From assembly GCA_964640225.1 (NCBI GenBank), contig CAZXFI010000001.1:119321-183320 (forward strand): 64,000 nucleotides of DNA, written 5' to 3'. The notes beneath the pieces are model-generated. The model did no database searches. It saw nothing but the letters and a program-made list of their open reading frames with translations, and was not told where the DNA came from. How positions within the stretch are numbered: the first letter of the stretch is position 1; every line of letters starts with the position of its first letter. Source of the DNA: an uncultured archaeon. Its GTDB lineage: Archaea > Aenigmatarchaeota > Aenigmatarchaeia > PWEA01 > JAGHBM01. The translations under genes were made by a program, and so were the position numbers. This document shows positions 56,332 to 64,000 of this stretch, in pieces.

Positions 56332-57321
56332 TTAAAGATTCCTGGCCATTTTTTTCACAATATCAATCATCCTGTTTGAGTAGCCGTACTCGTTGTCGTA
56401 CCAGCCCAGAATCTTGGCCATTTTTCCGCTGGCCGTCGTGCTCAGCCCGTCTATCACGCACGAATGCGGGTTGCCTATTATGTCCGCCGATACCAGCTCC
56501 TCCTCTGTATACTCCATTACCCCTTTCATTTTTCCTTTTGAGGCCTTTCTGAAGGCTGTGTTCACCTGCTCCGCTGTCACGCTTTTCTTCAGGTTTACCG
56601 TAAAGTCAACCACGGAGCCGTCCGCCACCGGGACCCTCATTGCCATCGCATCCAGCCTGCCCTTCATTTTGGGCAGCACCTCGCACGTGGCCTTCGCGGC
56701 CCCCGTGGTGGTGGGGACCACGGACATGGCAGCCGCCCGGCCCCTTCTCCATTTTTTGCTGGGGCCGTCCAGTATCCTCTGGTTGCTTGTGTAAGCGTGA
56801 ATCGTGGTCATCAGTCCCCTGTCTACACCGAAGGCCTCGTCCAAGACCTTCACTATGGGAGCGAAGCAGTTCGTGGTGCAGGAGGCGTTGCTCACTATTT
56901 TCTGGTTTTTCAGCCTACTGTCATTAACACCTTTGACCACTGTTATGTCCGGGTTTTTCGCGGGAGCGGAAATGAGAACGCGCCTGGCCCCGGCCTTCAG
57001 GTGCTTTGAAGCCCCGGCCCTGTCCGTAAAGAAGCCCGTGCACTCCACAACTATGCCCGCCTTCATTTTTTTCCAGGGTAGCTTTTCCGGGTCCTTCTCG
57101 CTGTAAACAGGATAGCTCCTGCCATCAACCACAAGCCTTTTGCTCCTAGTGGAAACTCTCCTTCCGTAACGGCCGTAGACCGTGTCATATTTCAGCAAAT
57201 AGGCCAGGTTCTCCACTCCGGTCAAGTCGTTTATGGCCACCACTTTTACTCCCTTCTCAAGAGCCAGCTTGAACACGGCGCGGCCAATCCTCCCGAAGCC
57301 GTTTATGGCAATCCTCACCAT
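56332..57321 (-). CDS. gap: Glyceraldehyde-3-phosphate dehydrogenase, bacterial/eukaryal (type I) form
   Basis: INGFGRIGR and SNASCTTNCFAP. The start was taken at the internal ATG (MVRIAING). The track ORF starts 3 codons upstream at a TTG. Confidence 0.85.
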   Translation of the reverse strand: MVRIAINGFGRIGRAVFKLALEKGVKVVAINDLTGVENLAYLLKYDTVYGRYGRRVSTRSKRLVVDGRSYPVYSEKDPEKLPWKKMKAGIVVECTGFFTDRAGASKHLKAGARRVLISAPAKNPDITVVKGVNDSRLKNQKIVSNASCTTNCFAPIVKVLDEAFGVDRGLMTTIHAYTSNQRILDGPSKKWRRGRAAAMSVVPTTTGAAKATCEVLPKMKGRLDAMAMRVPVADGSVVDFTVNLKKSVTAEQVNTAFRKASKGKMKGVMEYTEEELVSADIIGNPHSCVIDGLSTTASGKMAKILGWYDNEYGYSNRMIDIVKKMARNL

Positions 57322-57357
57322 TAGAACCAATAATAGTTGGTCAGGGCTATATAAAAA

Positions 57358-57786
57358 TTATTTCCTTATTGAAGGCTTCTTGAAAGCATCCCTGAAAAAC
57401 CTTTTTACGTATCTTGCATCCTTTCCTGTGAAGGGATAAAATTTCTCTCCCTCTATTTCATGTACAGCTTCTATAAGACGGTAGTCATCGTCAACCTTGT
57501 GTACATCTACTCTGGAACCCTGCCTTACGTGAAAAACATCAAACTCGTAGTCGCTTCCTATGTAGAATATCACGTTTTCGCCTACAAGCCTGTTTATTTC
57601 TTTCAGCGTTTTCTTGCGGACCTCTCTCACCTTTAACAATGAAGAATCCATTAGTTCCTCGCTTATATACTTGTCTATCTCCTTTCCGGACCTGTCCTCC
57701 TCCCTGATTAGGCATAGAGAAAGCTTGCTCGGCATAAGATGGATATGATAAACCTTCTCAATCCCTTCCATGTGGTCTCCGCTCAT
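57358..57786 (-). CDS. Hypothetical protein
   Basis: 142-aa ORF, no recognised family. Confidence 0.3.
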   Translation of the reverse strand: MSGDHMEGIEKVYHIHLMPSKLSLCLIREEDRSGKEIDKYISEELMDSSLLKVREVRKKTLKEINRLVGENVIFYIGSDYEFDVFHVRQGSRVDVHKVDDDYRLIEAVHEIEGEKFYPFTGKDARYVKRFFRDAFKKPSIRK

Positions 57787-57834
57787 GCAAACACCCTAAT
57801 TTATATAATACGAAATGTTAAATGCTTAAAAATA

Positions 57835-58212
57835 GCGGTGTGTTGGGTTAGCCCGTCTTCTGTAAGCCCATCACCATCCGAGATGGCTCACCTGAAGGCT
57901 TTTTGGCATTCGTCTGCGCCCCGGCGCTCGGCCGGTTTAGCGACCTACCCGCCTCTCTCTCATCATCAAGGCCTACTTGGTCTTGCACCACACGGGCCGG
58001 TCCGTTTCACCCGCCGCGCCAAACATCAATTAGTATCATCTTTTAACAGCGAAGCGGTACCGTTTCTGATACCGACCTGAGCATCTCTGCCCAGGAGCTT
58101 GCGCCCCCGTGATTCGTCGGTGGACGGAGCTTCCTCGGTTTTTAGAAAACCCCATGCTTTGAACAAAAGGTTTTCATCCGTATAACCGGTAGCCAATTCT
58201 CCAACACACCAA
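57835..58212 (-). ncRNA. rnpB: RNase P RNA (type A)
   Basis: The minus-strand transcript contains GGGUGAAACGG, GUGCAAGACCAAGUAGG (compare CCGGAGCAAGGCCAAAUAGGG), a J18/2-like ACAGAAGACGGGCUAACC, and GAGGAAGCUCCG in place of AGGAAAGUCCGG. P1 pairs 5' GGUGUGUUGG (58201-58210) with 3' CCAACACACC (57837-57846). There is a P3 hairpin GAAAACC...GGUUUUC. Confidence 0.6.
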
Positions 58213-58377
58213 TAAAACTATGAATAAGCGAGGTATTTAAAAGTTTTCAAAGCGCTTCAGATTCCAAGCAATCCGAAATAGTACGCCGCGGCCGCGAGTA
58301 TTGCTATTATTATCAAACCTACCACAAGCCTTGATTTTTTCATAATAATTCTTGGTGAGATTCAATTAAAAGCTTAA

Positions 58378-58671
58378 CTAAAGATAGTTCTGGACTGCGT
58401 AGTGTCTCAACACGGTGTAAAGCCCTTTCATGACCGGAATAACCCAGAAGTAAGGAACGTGTAATCCTGTTAGAATAATTATTCCCGTGACCATATCGAC
58501 TGCTCCCATCCAGTCAAGCCAGTAGTTGTTTAGGACAGAAGAACCGAAAGAATAAAATCCCTTGATTAAAACCGCTATTGCTATGTAAAAGAGTATGGAA
58601 AAAAACATTCCCGGGTAAAGCAGTGAAATACCTGCAATTACATCCAGCAAACCAAGCAAAAGCAAAATCAT
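58378..58671 (-). CDS. Hypothetical small membrane protein
   Basis: 97 aa with three TM helices. Confidence 0.3.
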   Translation of the reverse strand: MILLLLGLLDVIAGISLLYPGMFFSILFYIAIAVLIKGFYSFGSSVLNNYWLDWMGAVDMVTGIIILTGLHVPYFWVIPVMKGLYTVLRHYAVQNYL

Positions 58672-58720
58672 TCATACACCTATACTGAAGACTGTTTGAA
58701 AATATTTAAAGAAATGGAAA

Positions 58721-58746
58721 GACCGTCACAAGCCGAGAAAACTCTA
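58721..58746. repeat. 3' arm of the 23S rRNA processing stem. It forms a perfect 24-bp inverted repeat with 62746-62769.
   Basis: gaccgtcacaagccgagaaaactc (58721-58744) is the exact reverse complement of gagttttctcggcttgtgacggtc (62746-62769). The two arms flank the 23S gene. Confidence 0.6.
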
Positions 58747-59708
58747 GATTTAAACCGAAACCTCACGGTCCCGGTCCTTGAAACCTGGATACAGGAACCC
58801 CAAAAATGGCGGTTAGTACTCGTGGACTGAACTGGTCGCCGAAGCTTCCGGCTTACATCCCGAGCCTATCAAACCCGTCGTGTACGGGAACCTAGGTTGT
58901 CTCTTTTTGGGAGCCGCTTCGAGCTTAGATGCCTTCAGCTCTTATCGGCGTAGGGCGTAGCTACTCGGCAGTGCCCTGCCGGACAACCGATACACCAGAG
59001 GCCCCAGGAGGATGTTCCTTTCGTACTGATCCTCCTTTCCCCTCAGACAACCAACACTCCTAGTAGATATTGACCAAACTGGCTCACGCCGTTCTGAACC
59101 CAGCTAACGTACCTTTTTGATGAGTGAACACCTCTACCCTTGGCCGCTTCCAGAACCCCCTCCCGCTTTAAGCGGAAGATGATTTTTCGTAAACGTTTTG
59201 CACGTTTACCTGTGCAAAAGGTTTTGCTGCACAGCCAGGAGAAGGTGAGCCGACAACGATGTAACAACACGCGGCGTCAATAGGGGCTTTCGGCCGCTAC
59301 GATCCGGTTATCCCTGAGGTAGCTTTTCTGACATCCCTGAGCCTTAAATCGACCGACGCAACGCATTGCGTCAAGTTATCAATAAGCTTCAGGATTTCGC
59401 TAGGTCAGGCTTTCGCCTCTGAATCCCTCGATGTTCAGGATTCAGTCAAGCTAGCTTTTGCCCTTACACTCTATTTCGGATTTCTGACCCGAATGAGCTA
59501 ACCTTTGAGCGCCTTTGATACCATTTCAAAGGCGTACCGCCCCAGTCAAACTGTCCACCTGATGTTGTCCAGGTTTCCCTGTAAGCAATACGTTTTCGAA
59601 AGAGTAGTGTTACATTGGCGACTACACACAAACTTGCGTCTGTGCTTTAACGTCTCCTACTTACGCTATACAATCAAAACCATATCACAGCATCAAGCTA
59701 CAGTAAAG

Positions 59709-60372
59709 CTAACCGCTGAAAGAAAGAGCAATCCTCATCCTTTCTTTTGTAGTAAGATGAGGCGGACAATAACCAAGATTTTTGAAAAGCATAATTTTAG
59801 ACAAATGTTTTTCATTTAAAAAACCTATTTTTTCCATCCATTTATTCAACATTTCCTTGCCGTAAATCCTTATTCTATAGTCTCTGAAACCTCTTTGATA
59901 GGCTTCTTCGCTGGAAACTTTGAAGCCAAGGTAATTTAACTTTTTCAAGGCAAAATCATGGATTATTTCATTGCTTGTGAAGAATTCAATTCTTGGCTCA
60001 TTGTGAATTCCTTTTCTGTTTTTCTTAAAGGTGACCGTAAAATCAGCATCTGCCAGACCTCTTAAAAAGTGATTTCTTTTAGTTTTGATTTACTTCCTAC
60101 CGGCAAACCTAAACCGATTTTCCTTTCCACCGCATCTTTAGAATTCAAATGAACTACTATTGTGTTTTCGTTTTTTCTGAAATAGACACATGGGTCCCTT
60201 CTGTAAAGTTTCTTCAATATTTGAGGTACCAAAATTCCATAGAATTTTTTGTCATCAATTGAATGCCCAGAGTATATTACTCTGTACACATTGTTTTTCC
60301 TGTCCAATTGCAAGGATCCGTCTCCTAAATGGAGTCCCGTCTCGTACGCTAAAAGTTCTTTTTAATTTTCAT
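59709..60372 (-). pseudogene. Intron-encoded LAGLIDADG homing endonuclease, disrupted by two +/-1 frameshifts
   Basis: Frame A reads MKIKKNF*. Frame B reads KELLAYETGLHLGDGS(L)QLDRKNNVYRVIYSGHS...KLKEITF* and contains LAGLIDADG motif 1. Frame C reads ...NHFLRGLADADFTVTFKKNRKGIHNEP...LKKLNYLGF...EMLNKWMEKIGFL...SFSG* and contains motif 2. The frame switches fall in A/T homopolymers at about 60359-60366 and 60064-60090. Confidence 0.6.
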
Positions 60373-60394
60373 GGTTTTATTGTTCGTGAAGCGG
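59721..60394 (-). other. Archaeal rRNA intron in 23S domain IV (H69-H71 region, about E. coli 1950). Boundaries are approximate.
   Basis: An AT-rich block lies between exon sequence GGGACGAAAG (60395-60404, rc) and UCAGCGGUUAGCUUUACUGUAGC (rc of 59701-59720). Conserved 23S sequence resumes on both sides. Confidence 0.6.
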
Positions 60395-62745
60395 ACTTAT
60401 CTAACTTTCGTCCCGCAAGGCGAAAGGGAGAATATGTCCGCTGAACAATAAGCATGTCGTATCCTTCTTCCATCTACGGGGACTCTACTTCCCACTAGGA
60501 GTCTCAGGCCCATTCCCCTGAATAGCAAGTTCGCTGAACTCCAACTTGGGACAGCAGGGACCTCGTTAAGCCCTTCATGCAGGTCGACATTCAATCGACA
60601 AGGGATTGCGCGAGCCTTTCTTTCTTGGAAGAAAGAAACCCTCGGGAAAAAAAGAACCTTAAGTTAAACTCAAAAGTTTTTCTTTTCCACAAGTGCTTTT
60701 CTTTTTCTAAAAGAAAAGGCCTTTTACGCTACCTTAAGACGATCAGAGTTATCGCCGCCGTTTACCGGTGCTTAGCCCCGTTGAAACGAGGTTTAACATA
60801 CCGGCACTGGGCAGACCTCACCGGCTATACGCAAGATTTCTCTCTAGCAGCCGGCTATGTTTTTGTTAAACAGTCGGGCCCCCTTTGTCACTGCGACCTG
60901 CGCTTCCCAGTAAAGAGAGCGCAGGCATCCCTCCTACCAAGGATACGGGACTAGATTGCCGAATTCCCTAAGTTGGGTTGTTTCAACACCTTCGCCTTCT
61001 AAGCGAGAGTACCTGTGTCGGTTTTGAGTACGGACACCAAAGGATAGTTCAGCAGCCTTTTCTTGGGATCCAGGAATGAACCAAACTTCCCATACAGGAA
61101 GCCTTGTAAGGTTCGCCTCCTTCTATTCCTTACGAATTTCCGAAGGCTTCTCTTACTTGATGAGGCGACGGCCTCACTTGGCCTATCCCGAACCGTCAGC
61201 CGCTGATAGTGGCCTCTGGTGGCACAGGAATATTAACCTATTTCCCTTTCGCCAAGCTAGGTTAGCGCTTGGCTTAGGACCGGCTTACCCCCGGCTGATA
61301 ATCATGGCCGGGGAACCCTTACTCTTCCGGTGGTCGGGAATCTCACCCGACTTTGCTGCTACTAATAACAGGATATTCATTTCCATGCGGTCCACAGGAC
61401 CTTACAGCCCTGCTTCTGCCCTCACGGAACGCCTTCCTACTATCTTTCAATCCGGGGTATCGGTAGTTGACTTACTCCCGTCCATTTTCAGCGCCTTCAA
61501 CCTAGACGGGTGAGCTTTTACGCTTTCTTTGAAGGATGGCTGCTTCTAAGCCAACCTCCCCGCTGTTTATGGTTGGAGACAACCTTTGTGACTTAGTCAA
61601 CATTTGGGGACCTTAACCCCGGTCTGGGTTGTTCCCCTTTCGGATACAGAACTTAATCCATGCACCCGCACTCCGGCCTTCTACGGCGATGACAGATTAT
61701 GAGTTTGACAGCGAAGCTGGGGCTTTCGCCCCTTGACTCCCCAATCAGTGCTTTACCCTGTCATCTGCCTCAGGTCGGGCTGAACTGAGATTCATTTCGG
61801 AAGGAACCGGCTATCACCCAACTCGATTGGTTTTTCGCCCCTATACCCGGGTCACCCGAGCGCGTTGGAACAGCTCCGGTAACAGGCCTCCATCGGGGTT
61901 TCCCCCGACTTCACCTTACCCAGGAATAGATCGTCGGGCTTCCGGTCTTATCCCCATGACTTCCCGCACTTTCGTACGGCGCCCCTCCACAAGAGTGTGT
62001 GGGCTTGTTGCTTTCGCTGTGGCTACGGCATTACTGCCTTAACCTCGCCATGAAGATAAACTCCCTGTCTCGTTCTTCGAAACGAACAGCACGACACTAG
62101 TCCACCTCCCTCGTACTAATGCGTCACCGCATATTCCTTCGGGAGGGTTCCTTCCTTCCATGCCGTGCCTGACTGTAACCGACTAGATTCAAGCTCTTTT
62201 CAATCCCTGTTACGGGTTCTTTTCAGCTTTCTGTCACCATACTAGTTCGCTATCGGACTTTGGTAATATTTAGAGTTGGGAGTGGATACCTCCCACATTC
62301 CTGCCCCATATCCGAGGGACAGTACTCTCCTGCCTGGAAACTACCTTCCTGTTTTCTTTTACGGGACTTTCACCCTCTGCGGTGCTCCGTTCCAGGAGAC
62401 TTCAAATCGGCTGGTTAGGCATTACCAGACACCACATCTACCCTGCGTTTCCGCAGGGAATTCGGTTTGCTCTGTGCCGCTTTCGATCGCCTTTACTCAC
62501 GGCATCGCGGTTGCTTTCTTTTCCTCCGCCTACTAAGATGCTTCAATTCAGCGGGTTGTGCTTCCTAAAAAGGAATGTCTTCCGAAGAAGACGCGAAGTC
62601 GCATTGAGCAATCCCGGGTTCTACGGCTGCATGCACCTCGCCCGGGCTTATCGTAGCTTGCCACGACCTTCTTCCTTACCAAAGCCAAGCTATCCCCTAG
62701 CCGGCTTATGCGAATGGTGTTCCTGACTCCAGTTGGTCAGGCCTG

Positions 62746-62769
62746 AGTTTTCTCGGCTTGTGACGGTCT
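62746..62769. repeat. 5' arm of the 23S rRNA processing stem (partner of 58721-58744)
   Basis: See the partner feature. Confidence 0.6.
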
Positions 62770-63037
62770 CATAATCAAAAGGTCTCAGTGATTACATTTC
62801 ATCATAGCGCGCCAGCGCTCAAATGGTGTTCACTTAATCATTGCCTTTTGCTTGACCACGGTCCCCTACCCCCTATGATAGAGAACCGCATATACGCGTG
62901 TCTTGGAAAAATTTCAGGGCAGAAACATCTGTTTATTTCCTTTCAAAAGCCCTGCGTTAATTCATAATAGACACCTAATAAAGCAGTATATAATAGGCAG
63001 AATCATGTATTTAAAGGTTTCTACATAAGCACAACGT

Positions 63038-63649
63038 ATGAATTCACATGAATTCTGCTCAGTTTTACATGAGGAAATAAAGAGCGGGGAGCCTGATATA
63101 GAAAAAATATACGACTGCCTGGAAGCCTACGGAAAAACAAAGGACAGGAGATATTTCAAGTCTTTCCTGGGGGAAATGAATGTCCCGGACGAGTGGGAAA
63201 TAATAGTAAGAAAACCCCACCCGAATTACGGAGACTGCGTGGACTTTATCTACAGCAAAGACGAGGAGGAGGGTAGCAAGAGATTCCCCTGCCTTATGAA
63301 CGAGAACTCGCTTTACGACATGATACGAAACGTGCAATGCAACAGGGAAAAGGTATACGGGGAGCGTGGCTGGATTTCCCCGGCAATACTCGTGAAAGGG
63401 AAGGGAGAAATTTCCAAAGCCTGCTTTGAGCTTGTTGTAGACAATTACATGCACACGCTGTCGCTTAATTTAACGGATGTGGACGTGAACAAAAAGAAGA
63501 TTGAAACGTTCCCCGCCTATATGCACAAATGGGACAAAGAAATGGAAAATGTCTCAGAGAACCTGGGGAACAACTTGTATGAAGTGGGGGACCTAGAAGT
63601 GATTCGCGCCATGGTCGCGGATTTGGACGAGAGGATAAAGAATCGCTGA
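63038..63649 (+). CDS. Hypothetical protein
   Basis: 203-aa ORF. A TATA-like TATTTAAA lies about 25 nt upstream of the ATG, which suggests a leaderless transcript. Confidence 0.4.
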   Translation: MNSHEFCSVLHEEIKSGEPDIEKIYDCLEAYGKTKDRRYFKSFLGEMNVPDEWEIIVRKPHPNYGDCVDFIYSKDEEEGSKRFPCLMNENSLYDMIRNVQCNREKVYGERGWISPAILVKGKGEISKACFELVVDNYMHTLSLNLTDVDVNKKKIETFPAYMHKWDKEMENVSENLGNNLYEVGDLEVIRAMVADLDERIKNR

Positions 63650-63688
63650 AAACATTTATATTCCTGTAACAATCATTTAACTTAAAAT

Positions 63689-63804
63689 GGGCCGGTAGAT
63701 CAGTGGAAGATCGCCTGCTTTGCAATACGAAATAAGAATTTCGATGTTTCGTTTCGTAACGAAACAGCAGGAGGCCATGGGTTCAAATCCCATCCGGTCC
63801 ACCA
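63689..63804 (+). tRNA. tRNA-Ala(UGC) with a 41-nt canonical-position intron (63725-63765). The 3' CCA is encoded.
   Basis: Acceptor stem GGGCCGG/CCGGUCC includes the G3:U70 alanine identity pair. D-arm GAUC AGUGGAA GAUC. Anticodon stem CCUGC/GCAGG with loop UUUGCA|intron|A. T-arm AUGGG UUCAAAU CCCAU. The discriminator is A, followed by CCA. Confidence 0.8.
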
Positions 63805-64000
63805 CTAAAGCTTAAATATCTTTTGCCACTAATTAGTGGTATGTTTACGTCCGGAACGTATCCTTTAAACATAGGCTGGCTGGAGGAAGACGACTCCGGT
63901 GACTCCGATATAGCATGGTATAAGGCCTTGAACTCCTTCTTTTGCCCAATCTGTGAAAAAAGTTCCCAGCTGTCTGATGAAACGCACAGGAAAGAGTACA

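Larger units (their letters stand above)
58755..62740 (-). rRNA. rrl: 23S rRNA, interrupted by an intron of about 675 nt. The ends are approximate.
   Basis: Reverse complement contains GGAGGAAAAGAAA (5' domain), CUUUACUGUAGCUUGAUG (H71 region), GUUAGCUGGGUUCAGAACGGCGUGAG (domain V), and CUGAAGGCAUCUAAGC (3' region). No 16S or 5S lies adjacent. Confidence 0.9.

Noticed and set aside
57739-58080. 113-aa plus-strand ORF
   Set aside because: It overlaps the minus-strand RNase P RNA. The GC-rich structured-RNA context makes a protein here implausible.
58230-58340. 28-aa minus-strand ORF MKKSRLVVGLIIIAILAAAAYYFGLLGI
   Set aside because: It is plausible as a tiny membrane peptide, but it is too short and has no support. 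Left unannotated.
58672-58754. Search for a 5S rRNA downstream of the 23S 3' end
   Set aside because: No segment with 5S-like conserved loops was recognised. The region holds only the processing-stem arm and an AT-rich spacer, so 5S is presumably unlinked.
1-64000. CRISPR arrays, IS elements, transposases, integrases
   Set aside because: No regularly spaced direct repeats were seen. No DDE/transposase-like or tyrosine-recombinase ORFs were seen. The AT-rich islands lack an obvious integrase, so a mobile-element call is not supported.

Overview
This window is an archaeal chromosomal segment. Archaeal markers are gatD/gatE, an archaeal-type TrpRS, Sec61-beta, S26e, archease+RtcB, a type-A RNase P RNA, an intron-containing tRNA-Ala, and a 23S rRNA carrying a homing-endonuclease intron. 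The base composition is mosaic. Most genes are GC-rich (about 50-55%), and they are interrupted by AT-rich blocks at about 19.3-23.7 kb, 25.2-30.4 kb and 31.6-34.2 kb. From start to end the window contains:
- The 3' end of an MtaB-like methylthiotransferase, then gatE-gatD.
- A 14-kb minus-strand type-IV-pilus / archaellum-like locus. It has a FlaI-like ATPase, a FlaH-like KaiC ATPase, a split FlaJ/TadC platform, a 1249-aa beta-helix glyco-surface protein, and eight proteins with class-III (prepilin-like) signal peptides, one of them 891 aa.
- S26e, archease, then AT-rich island A: an MccF-like LD-carboxypeptidase, a SAM methyltransferase, an anticodon-binding-domain-less class IIb aaRS paralog, and a compact bacterial-type ProRS-like gene.
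- RtcB, then AT-rich island B: a 22-aa Cys/Gly peptide, a radical-SAM/SPASM enzyme, a HAD hydrolase, a P-loop NTPase, a frameshifted metallo-beta-lactamase gene, an ASCH protein, and a TrpRS/TyrRS-like class I catalytic-core paralog.
- The housekeeping trpS.
- An isoprenoid block (UbiA, type-1 IDI, GGPP synthase) that is split by a cluster of three KaiC-like ATPases plus a coiled-coil membrane protein.
- argS, endonuclease IV, Sec61-beta.
- A glycogen cluster (GT3 glycogen synthase, GH57, GT4, debranching-enzyme-like, ROK glucokinase, PGI/PMI).
- An SDR and an NAD(P)HX dehydratase.
- A glycolytic operon (gap-pgk-pfkB-fba-tpiA).
- RNase P RNA.
- An unlinked 23S rRNA with a roughly 675-nt intron encoding a frameshifted LAGLIDADG endonuclease, flanked by 24-bp processing-stem inverted repeats.
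- tRNA-Ala(UGC) with a 41-nt intron.
The candidate for a novel system is the pair of AT-rich islands that split the archease-RtcB pair. Together they encode three aaRS-family proteins, two of them lacking an anticodon-binding domain (the class IIb and class I paralogs), plus an MccF-like peptidase, a methyltransferase, and a radical-SAM/SPASM enzyme with an adjacent 22-aa peptide. This looks like an aminoacyl-adenylate / peptide natural-product biosynthesis-and-immunity module. The pilus-like locus with giant class-III-signal proteins is a second candidate.
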